Source: Vicugna vicugna (taxonomy: Eukaryota). From it: a stretch of 64,000 nt of DNA. This document shows positions 38,271-50,100 of the stretch, piece after piece. Under the pieces are notes generated by a model. The model searched no databases and was not told the DNA's origin. It saw nothing but the letters and a program-made list of their open reading frames with translations. The stretch is taken from assembly GCA_013265495.1 (NCBI GenBank), contig MU058463.1, forward strand, positions 2,875,523 through 2,939,522. The letters are read 5' to 3'. The position numbers were made by a program, and so were the translations under genes. Every line of letters starts with the position of its first letter. Positions within the stretch are counted from its first letter, which is position 1.

Positions 38271-41200
38271 CCTGCCAGATAGGCCAGATCACAAAAGCTG
38301 GTCCAGATCCAAATTGCTTTCACTTTGCTTCACTCTTACCTCAGGTCCTAAGGAAGGAAAAGATTTAGAATCAAAGGTACGTGGGAAGCAGATGGGCTTG
38401 CTTCCCCAGCGCCCCTCTTGTTCCTCAAGAAGATGTTTCTGAAGTTTGCTGGTCTCAGCAACCCACTGCGCTGGCTGCATGAATCCCTTTTGTTGGGGAT
38501 ACCATTGAGAACTAGAGAGGCGAGGCCACGAACGTTTTCACAACTAGTTGATGGTTGCATGGCACTAGAGGTTAGTCCTTCTGACACTTGGTTCTGACAT
38601 TTATTCTTTTACCACATTTGCTTTCTTACCCCCTTCAAACACATCCTGTTCCTCCTGGATAATGGGCAATGACAAAATGTGGTCTTGGGAACTTTTCATT
38701 GTTAAAGACACCCTTACTCTTGTTATAATACCTCAGAGGCCCAACCAGTAGGACTTTCATTTCTCTTACGTCTAGTAGGGACAGGAAGACTCTTGTACCT
38801 CTGTCACTTTTGGACAGGGGAGCCCTCAGCCAGAATGTATCCATCAGTTAACATTGCAAGATGAAAAACCCTTTAAGCTTCTCCTACATTCTAGCAGAAC
38901 ACACTTCCAGTATCACATGCAGCCCCCAAACTGCTTTATGATGTTTTCTCTGACATAATGAAGCCTTTGGCCATCACTGCTGCTTTAAAAGTCAAAACCT
39001 TTTGGTCTCTAAAGGAATGTTTATAAAAATACTCCATTTTGAAATTTGCTCAGGAGAAGGAAGTATGGTAAGTGATGTTAGAAATCCCTCTAGCTTGCCT
39101 TGACATTGACTCATTTAATGTTATGAACTCTGGAAATGTCTGGAATTAGTGTGGGTAAGAGAGAATTAAAACTCAAAGTTAAATAAACTCTTATCCTCCT
39201 TGTTTTCTTCCATTGGAGTGTAGCATCGGGTATGCCTTCCTAACTGTTATTTCTATGTGGTCAAGTAAATTGTCCCTTGCCAGATGTGTATAGGTATCTA
39301 GTGTAAGCAAAAAATCCCTGATACCTATGTCCAAAGTCTCATGTGTCTGCATTCTCTTGCTAAGATGGAAGTGGAGAGTTCTGTTTTTGGATGGAGCAAT
39401 GTAGAACAGCAAGCCTGTGGTTAATATGGCCTTCTCTGTTGCTCTTCTTGGTGTCAGTGAAAAAAGAAAATAAGCAGTCAAACAAACGTGTGAAACACGT
39501 AGTTTAGTAATTTAGTGACTCGTAATACTCCTATGTTAAAGGGGCCCAAGGGCCTTTGGCTTACCTTGTGGTGGTAGCTCTGTCTTGGTGTAAGACATCG
39601 ATGTATCTTAAAGAAAGCAACATTTTTTCAAGAAATATTTAATGAGAAACTACTGTGTATCCAAAAAGAGCTAGTAGTAAATGTAAGACGTTGAACTCCC
39701 TGCTTTCCTGGAGCTTATACTCCAATAGGGAAGGGAGAGACAGAAAACAAACTACATGGATTGATTAATTGATCAGTTCCTTGCTTTCACTGTATATTTC
39801 TTCTAGTTTGCCCACCGGCACAGGCCCCTTATTAGCATGGTAAAAAGGTCTGACCATTCGAAGTATTATAGACTCGCGAAGTATTGGAATGGAGCTTTGG
39901 GGAATTGAGGGCAGTGACCTCTTAGAAAACAGCCAGCTCCATCAGTGACTCCTGCTTGCTTGTCCCTCTGCTGTGTGCTTCATTGCTGGCCTTCGTTGCT
40001 AGTTCTTACGGCACTTCAGCTTTATTTCTGAAGTAACACAAAAAAATACACTTAGGTTATCATTTTAACTTCAACTCAGAACAATTTGTTAACTTACTTC
40101 TTTTAAAATCATAATAATAAAAATGGGGCAAATGTAGCATCATAAAATGACATTATGTTTGCAATTCCAGGCTAAAACCTAGAATAAGAAGCTGCTAATA
40201 TTTGGATGAAACATTCCTTCTTTATCATTACTTCTTACGTAGGCTTCTGAGCTCCCAAGGACATCCTTTGGTAACAGCTAACTTACTATGTAGCAACATT
40301 ATTTGATTTGAAATCCTTTGATTTTTTTTTTCATCTGAGGATAGCTTTATTATAAAAATTGCACTTAAGGAAAAACAAATTTTATCTTGCTAAGCAAATT
40401 TAAGGCTGTCGCTTTTGCTCTTTTCATTAAATAAACATGCTGTACAGTTTTTCCATTTAAAAATGTGTTAGTTGTTTGATTATGCCGGAGTACTTAGAGT
40501 CAAGAACACACAAATAATTTTGCTGAATGAACTTGAAGATCTTTGTCCACTTTTTAAAACTCTCTTGCAGAAACCACCACTCTGTCAAATACTACATTTA
40601 CAAATGAAAACATTTTTCTTTGGTGAAGAAAGAAAAGCTCCCATCATTCATTTAACCAGATACGCATGGTAGTGAACTTTGTCTTTAGAAGAAGGAGGCT
40701 TGTTACTGTGGCTGCTTTTGTTTTGGTTATACCTGTTGGGTTTGCGTTATGTTTTAGAGGTTGAAAGGGAGTATGCTCTTTCTGGGAGTTCAGTTAATTG
40801 CAGTGAGTTTATCGATATTTGGTAATGTGTCTTTCAAGGCCCTTTCTAACCCTGAAATTCTGTGAATCTATATTCACCTTTCCCCTGCTTTTTTCCCCAA
40901 GTGATAAGACAAGCAGGTATCATGTCAGGGGGAGCTGGAGAGTGAATTGGGCTACCATTTAGGAGGAGGCGTTGGGTACTGAGTGAGAGACAGAACATAC
41001 AGTGGGTAACTCTAAGAATTTCAGTTAACTGTTGGTTCCTTCTCCTTTTTGTTTGTTTTTTTTTTTTAAATAGTGCTACTGGCTCCTTCTCCTGTTTATT
41101 TATTTTTTAATATTTAGTGCATTTTCTTAATTGTAATTATTTTTGTAATTAGGGAAGAAAGAAAGGAAAATAAAAATCCATAGATAAAAACAATGTTTAG

Positions 41201-42383
41201 AAGTCACTTCTCAAGTACCTTGCTCCAAAAAAAAAAGTGTGAATTCTTCAAGATTGTCCTATATTTAAGTCATCAAAAAGATGATTAAGTAAAGTCTTTA
41301 TAAAAGAACTTTTGTGGAGAGAAGTTATTTTTCATGGGGTTAGAATGTAAGGCCTTATGTTTACTGACTCATAAGAAGCAGTTTCCTGAAAGGTGGAATT
41401 TTCCTTGGTGGTCAGGTAGAATTTAAGGTAGATATTTTTTGTCCCTTGGAGCTGAGACAGTCTTATTGATCATTGTATCATCAGTTCCAAAGATACGACC
41501 AGCCATACTAGGTGCTCAAAAATTATATTCTGAGCAGAACCCAGTACCCATTCTTAAGGGAATAATGAAAACAAGATAACCCCCAAGTGAAAGGAGTGAA
41601 TTTTTGATGTATTCTTTTTCATTTACTCTTCAAAATGTTCCTTTTCAGAAAATGTTAAAATGTTTCTATGTGTAATTTATTGGAACCACAAGCACTGATT
41701 TTGTATCTCAGAGTTGGAAGAAATGAAATTGATTTCCCACACAGTTGTAAAATGCCAAAAATACGTAGAGCTAAAATGAATTAAAGCCTGGTGTTCAGAA
41801 AGGCCAAGTTAAAAACTTCAGATCAAGGGTGGCTGTGATTGAAATGGTCCAAATAAGTATTTAAAGCCACTCCTGCTGGAACTGTTAAGATTTCTGAATT
41901 TCAAATTGGCATTTTACGTTTGACAAGGTGACATTGTATAAGAAATGTATTGTAAAACACTGCTGTATGATAGGAAAATGATTGAATGTAAATATTTCAA
42001 GATGTGGACCACTGTTCAAATGTTATCATAAATCTTTGCCATTGTTTTAGGGTATAACTCTTCCTGCATATATGAGCTGAGTTGATAGAGCTAGCTCTTG
42101 GAAGGGAAATCATCAGCGAGCCTCTGCCTCACTGCTACCACTAGTGTGACTTGGTCACAAAACTAGTAGGCCTTTGCCGTTACTATCATATGCTTATTGT
42201 TACATGGATGGGAAAACTCTCCTTTGAAGCTACTACATCTGATATTACTCTTATCCTGCTCATTATGTGGTCTGAAGTGTCACTGTTAATTAGAATGGGC
42301 AGAGACAATTTGTACTCTTAAACTTTGAAAAGGAAAGAAAAAAGCTTGAACTATAAGGTTAACTATCCATCCATTCCTTGCAG

Positions 42384-43899
42384 GTTTGGAAGGTTTACAG
42401 TAGCTGCCCTTCAGTCCAAAGTCGAACAGTATGAACGTGAAACCAATCGCCTCAAGAAGGCCCTGGAACGAAGTGATAAGTATATAGAGGAACTGGAATC
42501 TCAAATTACACAGCTAAAAAATTCAAGTGACGAGAAGGAAGCTATGAATTCCATTTGCCAGAGAGCACTTTCTACAGATGGCAAGGTGAGCAAAGACTGT
42601 GAGGAAGATATGGCATCCAAGAATCAAGGTGATGGTGCCAGAAAGCAGCTTGGCTCATCCACCTCGAGTTCTCAACTGGCAAAACCTTCTAGCAGTTCTG
42701 CTAGGCAGGAAAGCACCAGCAAAACAGAACCAAATTGTTCTAAGAACAAAGACCTGTATCAAAAGCAGGTGGAAGTAATGTTAGATGTGACAGATACAAG
42801 TATGGATACTTACTTGGAAAGAGAATGGGGTAATAAGCCTGGCGATTGTGTCCCCTTCAAAGATGAAGAACTCTATGATCTTCCAGCTCCCTGTACACCT
42901 TTGTCCCTTAGTTGCCTCCAGCTCAGCACACCAGAAAATAGAGAGAGCTCTGTGGTCAAAGCAGGAGGGTCCAAAAAGCACTCAAACCATCTCAGAAAAT
43001 TAGTGTTTGATGATTTTTGTGATTCTCCAAATGTTTGTAATAAAGATTCTTCAGAAGATGATAGAAGTGAAAATGAAAAGAAATCAGAATGTTTTACTTC
43101 CCCAAAGACGGGGTTTTGGGATTGTTGTTCCACCAGTTATGCCCCCAGCTTGGACTTTGACAGCTCGGAGGGGAACACGATAGCAAATTCTGTTGGAGAA
43201 ATTTCTTCAAAATTGAGTGAGAAATCAGGCTCATGTTTATCCAAGAGGTTGAATTCCATCCGCTCTTTTGAAATGAATAGGACAAGAACATCCAGTGAAG
43301 CATCAATGGACGCAGCTTACCTTGATAAAATCTCAGAGTTGGATTCAATGATGTCAGAGTCAGACAACAGCAAGAGCCCTTGTAATAACGGTTTTAAGTC
43401 ATTGGACTTGGATGGGTTATCAAAGTCATCTGAAGGCAATGAATTCCTTGAGGAACAAGATAAGTTGGACGAAAGAACTAAGCCAAACCTTTCCAAAGGT
43501 TCTATAACTACTGATCAGTTAGAAAATGGAAATGAATGGAAACCCAACTCTTTTTTCCTCCTCTCTCCATCTGACCAAGAAATGAATGAAGATTTTTCAC
43601 TCCATCCCAGTTCTAACCCAGGAACCAATGAAATCAAACCCCCAAGCTGTTTGTTTCAGACTGAGTTCTCCCAGGGTATTTTGTTAAGCAGTTCCCACCG
43701 GCTATTTGAAGATCAAAGGTTTGGGTCATCTTTGTTTAAGATGTCCTCAGAGATGCATGGGCTTCATAACCACCTTCAGTCTCCTTGGTCTACTTCTTTT
43801 GTGCCTGAAAAGAGGAATAAAAATGTGAATCAATCCACAAAAAGAAAAATCCAGACCAGCCTTTCTAATGCCAGCCCATCGAAAGCAACTAAAAGTTGA
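42384..43899 (+). CDS. OBI1: OBI1 coding exon 6: second coiled coil plus long Ser-rich low-complexity C-terminus ending SPSKATKS*
   Basis: CCTTGCAG| acceptor. The first G completes AA|G (Lys), then FGRFTVAALQSKVEQYERETNRLKKALERSDKYIEELE... within the 524-aa ORF. Stop TGA at 43897-43899. Confidence 0.97.
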
Positions 43900-45088
43900 C
43901 TCATTAGTAAGGTGTCATTTATGTTTTTGTCCTGAAAGGAATATAAGGTTTTAAAATTACTTATTTCCCCTCATAAAAGCTCTAGACAATTTTGAATTGA
44001 TAATCTTTACTCAGATATCAGGTCAGAATGGTGGATTAGCCTATACCCAGGATACTTCTGTTCATTTTGAAGAGTTTAGTCTTTTTCATTTTTGACCAGA
44101 AAAGGTAGGGAGAGGGTTTCTTTTTAATGAATATTATATGTGTCTGGTTTGGGTATATTTCGTTTTCTTGAATCTTGATTTAACTATTCACATGCAGTGG
44201 CCTATTAATAAGTCTCAGTTGTTTTCAGAACTTGGATTTCTTAAATAAAACTTTTGATGTTGTCTGCATACTGCTTATAAGACACTTGAGTTCTTTAAAG
44301 CTTCTCCCAGGGTGGAAATTATTTTACCTGCTTCTTTTTATTTATGTTTAGTGATGGCCTAACTTTTATTCAAGGCTGTGGTGGAGAAACAGCACTCAAA
44401 CTTTAGTCCAATATTCATTTACTTTTTTTTTTTTAGGTTTTACGTACAGGTTTGCATTTTTAACATTGTGTTTTGTCCAGTTTTTGTGAAAATGTGTTGC
44501 TAGTATGAAAGAATACATTTTCTATATGAAAAAATTTGTTTAATGTCAGGTAGCTTTCATTGTTCGTCTTTTTGTGTGTGTTGAAAATCAGAAATTGAGT
44601 CTACTTGACTAAGAAATCACAGAACAGTTGGATTTGGAGGAGCCTAAACTTGGTAGCATCATTGTTTCAGATATACAGGTGCAAAAGTTCTTGATCCACT
44701 TATGTCCCCAGGGAGGTTTTTATGGAGTGGTGAAGTTCTTGTTTGCATGTTACTGTTCTTTGTGGAAACTGTGTGCATGGTAGCATCCTTGCTCGCACTG
44801 TCTTCCTTACTTAAGAAAAAGAAGTTTCAGTTCACTAATAGAATATTTTTTAATGTAGGACAATTTTTTTTTTCCGTGACGTGTTAAGGGGATGAGAATA
44901 GGTGAGCTAAGCACAATTTTTAATTTAGGCTCTGAAAAGGTATACTATTCTAAACATGTTTGGTATGCCTGCATAGGCCTTTAAAATGGCTTGTATGCTA
45001 ATGACTTGTTTATCTAATGTGCACTGAGCATTTTACATTAATACTGTACTGTTTTACATTAATACTGCATGCTTTTCTATGTGAATTG

Positions 45089-45094
45089 AATAAA
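45089..45094 (+). terminator. OBI1: Likely main OBI1 polyadenylation signal (AATAAA)
   Basis: Ends a 1.2-kb AU-rich, repeat-free 3'UTR. GU-rich TTGATGTTGTCT lies downstream and a transposon fossil starts about 100 bp later. Confidence 0.7.
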
Positions 45095-45193
45095 GGATGT
45101 CATAAGCACTGTAATCCTTGATGTTGTCTCAGATGTTGAATAAGCCTATAAAGACCAGTAACACTTAACCATTTTAAATTGCTCTTTGAATTT

Positions 45194-45523
45194 AAGGGTT
45201 TGCAAACTCTGGCCCATTGACCAAATCTGGCCTTTACCTGTCTTTGTGAAAGGCCTGTGAACCAAAAAATGGTTTGTACATTTTAATGAGTTTTAAAAAT
45301 CCGAAGAATATTTCATAGCACAGGATAATGATCTGAAATTCAAATTTCAGTGTTTCTAATTAAAGTCTTATTAGAACACAGCTCCATTTATTTCTTTACA
45401 TTTGATCTGTGGCTGCTTTTGTACTGCAGTGGCAGACTTAAATAGTGCGACAGAGACCTTCTGGCCCACAAAGCCTGCGATATTTACTGTTTGGACTTTC
45501 ACAGAAACATTGGCTGACCTCTG
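45194..45523 (+). mobile_element. MER58(B)-like hAT-Charlie fossil
   Basis: AGGGTTTGCAAACT.TGGCCC..CCAAATCTGGCC...GACAGAGACC..TGGCCCACAAAGCCT..ATATTTACT...TTGGCTGACCTCTG; about 330 bp. Confidence 0.75.
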
Positions 45524-48059
45524 TTACAATAATTCAGGATTCAATGAAACCATAGAATTATAAAAAATCACTTACGATTTGGAGAATCATGACTTCTACT
45601 TTTAGAAGTAATAAGAGCCTCCCCCTCCCAAAAGCTAATAGAAAGCATAATTTTTGCTGTCATATTTTTATCCAATAAACATTTGTGCATTATTTCATCT
45701 TTCTGATAATGTTTAAGCTAATGGATATGTTCAGATATATTGCAGTTTAAATATCTTTGACAGTGTGGTTATACATTTGAAATTCTACTAAATGCAGAAA
45801 TTAAAGATTTTCTGAATAAATTTGGGGGTAAACCTCACTCTAATTCTGTCTCTAACTCTTCTTTACCAGAATGTGTCAGTTTTTAATCCAAATACAAACT
45901 GACACTGTGCCATGGAAATGCAGAGTGTGTAACCTGACTTACTAATGCCTACCTAGGGTGAGGGTGTCTCTGTTGGACTCGGGTATATCCCAGCTGCTTC
46001 AGAAACCCTGCTCCATCCTCTCCAAAACAGTATTTCATACATTATATTAGATTAATCAAACCTGTGACATTCCTCAGTTGAAGGAAATAATATGTGCAGG
46101 ATTTGATTTTAATGACACATTCTCATTTGTACTTCTAATCTCTTTACCATAATCTGAAATGTCATGACAAATATGATGGTCTCACATTTTTAAATATAAT
46201 CTATTACATGTATACACTCTAAAACAAAACAAAACAGACAAAAAAAAAAACTACCTTTTATTGAAACCAAGTACTTTACTAACCTCTATCTCATCTAAAC
46301 TTTTTTCAAACTCTGTGAGCCAAGAATTATTTCCCCCAGTTTACAAATAAGTGAATTGAGGGTTAGTGGTCACTCAGCTAGAATGGGGTTGGAATCGTGT
46401 CCTGGAGCTGGGCCTCTGACCCCAGAGCTTGGACTTCGTCTCGTGCATGGGAAGCATAGGAGTTCACATTTGTAAGCCAAAGGATGAATGGGTTTGAAGT
46501 TTACAGGATTCTCTTTTAAGCAGTATTTGGGAAGTATCGGCATGTTTCTTTTCAAGTAGCATTTAATTCCTGCCGGTGTCCTGGATCTGAGTCTACTACT
46601 AAGTGGAAGCTCAGTGATGGGAGCTGTATATGTGCCACTTTTAAGTTTATAGAAATTCGCATTAACTCCGACATTTAGATGAATTTCAAAATAGCACCAA
46701 AGCTATGTTGGAAAAAGATGTGCTGGTGATAAAGGGAAGACATATCAATTCATGTCTTTATAAAAACAGTTTCTTTTGACTGCTCATCTTTCTAAAAATG
46801 CTATGGTGAAGAGAATGTGACATTATGCTAGATACTTTTTTTTTAACATGACCTTTAGTGTTCATATTTCAATTTTGAAAATCTTCATCCCATCCAAAAT
46901 GACAGTCTTTTCCCTGTTTAAATGGATCAACTGAGACTTAAAACTGAAAATGGCAGATTTTAATATTGATAGTTCCTTAATTTCAAATCTACTCTGTTTT
47001 CCTATAAACTTTTATATTTACATTGGTTTGAAACCTCTAAAGTTAGCACTGAACAAGGGAAGAAATTTGGTCTTTATTCTTCATACATTTCACGAATTTG
47101 TTTGAATGCTTTTCAATTATTCAAAGTGTAATACACGCACTAGACATTCCCCCTCTCCCCCCACTTTTGCACCTGTGAATGATGTTTGTAGAGATCAGTT
47201 TAACTTTATGGAATGTGGCCTATTAGATTAGAAGGGTTTCCCAAGGCCTCATAAGAAGGTCTTTCATTCCTATTCGTGGGAGTCCTACAACAGTCTTTGC
47301 CTATCATGATGTAACCCGATCCTTTTAATAATGCTTGGCAGAGAGAAAACCTTTTAAGCAGTGATCTCAGAGTGCATAGTGAACATTTATTGCCTAATTC
47401 TCGGAACCCCACTCTGAGCGAGGAAGCATCTATTAAGTTGCAGATTTCTTTTAAGAACCCATCTGAAGCTTAGGCTTGGGTGATCTTAAGTTTGATATGA
47501 CAGAGGCAGTCTAGAATACCTGGAATTGAAGCTCCATTTCTTGAAACATGGTAGAAGAGCCCTAGGTCTGCTGTGTATTAACAGGGAGCAGACCTCTAAT
47601 AAATATTAGTTGGATTAACCAAGTGTGTAGAAGTGTGCGCCTAGTGTGACACATAATTTGGGGATGTAAAGATCAGTACCCTAGGGCAAGGATTTGTCAG
47701 GCATTTGCTGAGGTTTACTTAAGGAAGGAGGACCTAGTTCTGGTCCATTTTGATTCTTAAAACATTGGTGAGTAGAAAGGTGAACTGGGGATAGCGAGGG
47801 GCAGAGAGGAAACCACGCGGCTTCACGGACATCCTATTTGTGTTGGGCCTTTAAGGATGCGTAAGAGTTTGGTGCAGAAGACATCTGTTCTGCATGCGTG
47901 TCCGCTCTCCTGCAAGTGGGGCGCCTGTTTATCATAAGACTCTGAAGAGGTGCTGAAGGAACCATTCCCTAACAACAGGGCTCCTGGTTGAAAAAGGTTT
48001 CCCCATTGCTCCAGCCTGAGCTGGCAAGTTTGACTTCGGTCCACCTCTTCTCTCTCAGC

Positions 48060-50100
48060 ATCCCCTGAGACTCTAGGCTCGCCCTCGCCGCCAGGACGGG
48101 CGGCCTTCTGGCGAGACTCTGACTCCCTGGGCGCTGGAAGGCTCAGGAGGTGGCAGGGCTGGCCCATAATCTGTCCATTAAGCCGAGGCTTGGCGCTCCG
48201 AGGGCCGGAAGGCGCGACCTCGCTTCACTCACGGGGTCATCTTTGTGCTGGGGAGGGGGGAGGTGAGGTCTGGCCCGCCAGCCTCGGCTCGGATCCCGCT
48301 TTCTTCCGTCTGATTCCGGCGAACCCCGCCTTCCCGGATTCTCGAAGCCAGTACCGCTCCCTCTCCCCACCCCCAGACTCCCGGGAGGACAGACCGTGCC
48401 CCTCCTGCCGGGGTTTCCTGCGCTCTTGAGGGCGCTCACAGCCGCTCCCGCCCAAGCCCCACCCGAAGAAAGGACCTCCGCCGCGGTTTCCTTTCATTTT
48501 ATTACCACGCGCGAAACCTGGCGATTAAGACGCGAAACCAACAAAGAGTTTTCTTTCCACCTTAACCTTGCACACAATCCTTTAACAAATTAATTAATCC
48601 TAATGAATTAACACTTCATTTATTTAAACGCGCTACAGTCCATGAATTAAATTTTCATGCAGTGATTAAAGGCTGTTAAAATATGCATGATTTCGTTAAA
48701 ATTTTATAATAAATCAGGGCAATGTGTTACATGACAAGGCAACTATTTCCCAGTCCCTCGCAAGGGGCTTTGATTTGTGCAGGCGGCGCGGAAGAGGGGC
48801 GGCTGGCGGCGGCGCCGGCGAGCGTTGGAGCGGGGCGACGGGACCCAGCTCCGCACATCGGCGTTTGGACTCGCCGGTTCGCGCTTTCCTCCGTGGCGTC
48901 TGGACCCTCTTGGGGACCCTGCTCCTGCAGGCGGAGCCGAGCTTGAGGAGGACGACGGGAGCCCGCCTCTCGGTCCCCGGAACTGCACTCGTGGGGGGCT
49001 GGGGGTCCTCTGCTGTCCTTTTGCTCCAGCCGAGCTGCCTTCCAGCAACGCGTGCGTGCGTCTGGGTCGGAGCGGCGGGCGGGCGGCTATCTGGGGGAGA
49101 GGAAGGCGACACAACTTCCATCTCGTCTCGTGGGGTCAGGGGCGGATGTGTGTGTTGTAGAGTTGGTTTGTTCGTAATTTTTAACTAGGGTACCTCGACG
49201 CCCTTTCTCTGACCAGCGCGGTCTCCCTTTTGGAAGGAGCCTGGGCGGGGAGGGGGCGGCTCTGCTTCTCTTGGGACCTAAACCGCAGGGGTCCGTGGCC
49301 AAGCTTAGCGGTTCATTATTCACCTGGACAGCAAAACTGGTTCCGGCAACTAGAGGGCGAGGAAGGCCGGCCGTACCCCTGTTAGGACGGAGACGTAGTC
49401 ATGCGTCACCCCTACGGCTTTCACAAGGTAGGTGGGTTTAAGCCCACAGAGAGTTTAGGGTGGTGAGATACATGCATAAATCCCTGCAGATCCCAAGAGT
49501 GGTAATGGCCGGCAGTGAACTTTACTGCTGCATCCTTCGGGCCGAAAGGATATGAGTGACATCTTGGAGTGGAGTGGTTGACATCCAGGAAAATGTTCCC
49601 AGGAAAGTTGTATTTGAATTAAACGGCCAGAAGAATGAAAACAGTGGTTTTCCGTCGGTCTACTCAAGAACCTTCTCTGCGGGTCCCCAGCTGGAGCCCA
49701 GACTGAATTCGGACTGGTAGTCTTACAGCAGGTGATCACGAGGGTCCTCAAAAACTCACCCACCCCGGCCTTGGGGACGAGGGAGACGAGCCCCAAGGGT
49801 GCAGGCAGGGCGCGGAAGGACAGGGGCCTACAGGAAATCTCCCAGCTCCTGCCAGCGAGCTCCTGGCTGTGAACTCGAGCTGAGCAGGGGAGGGGAGTGC
49901 GGCGGGCGGCAGAGGGCAGGCCACCGCCCAGGACCGCCTTGCGGGATAAGCGGTCTGGGCCGGCGAGGATCCTGGTCCCCATACCGCAGGAAGGCCGGGG
50001 CCAGGATGCCCGAGAGGTAGCTCAGAGAGACCAAGGATCATCGCAACCCAGGCTAGGCGTTGGAAAGGCCGCCAGGAAGGGAAGTTAAAGTAGGGCCCTA
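48060..50100. promoter_or_regulatory. Upstream CpG island of POU4F1 with an embedded AT-rich homeodomain/POU site cluster (about 48490-48720)
   Basis: High CpG density interrupted by TAATTAAT/ATGAATTAA/ATGCAT-rich DNA, about 6 kb upstream of POU4F1. Confidence 0.75.

Noticed and set aside
42325..42383. N-terminal 20 residues of the 524-aa ORF
   Set aside because: Intronic sequence upstream of the exon 6 acceptor; the TTG start is an ORF-caller artefact.
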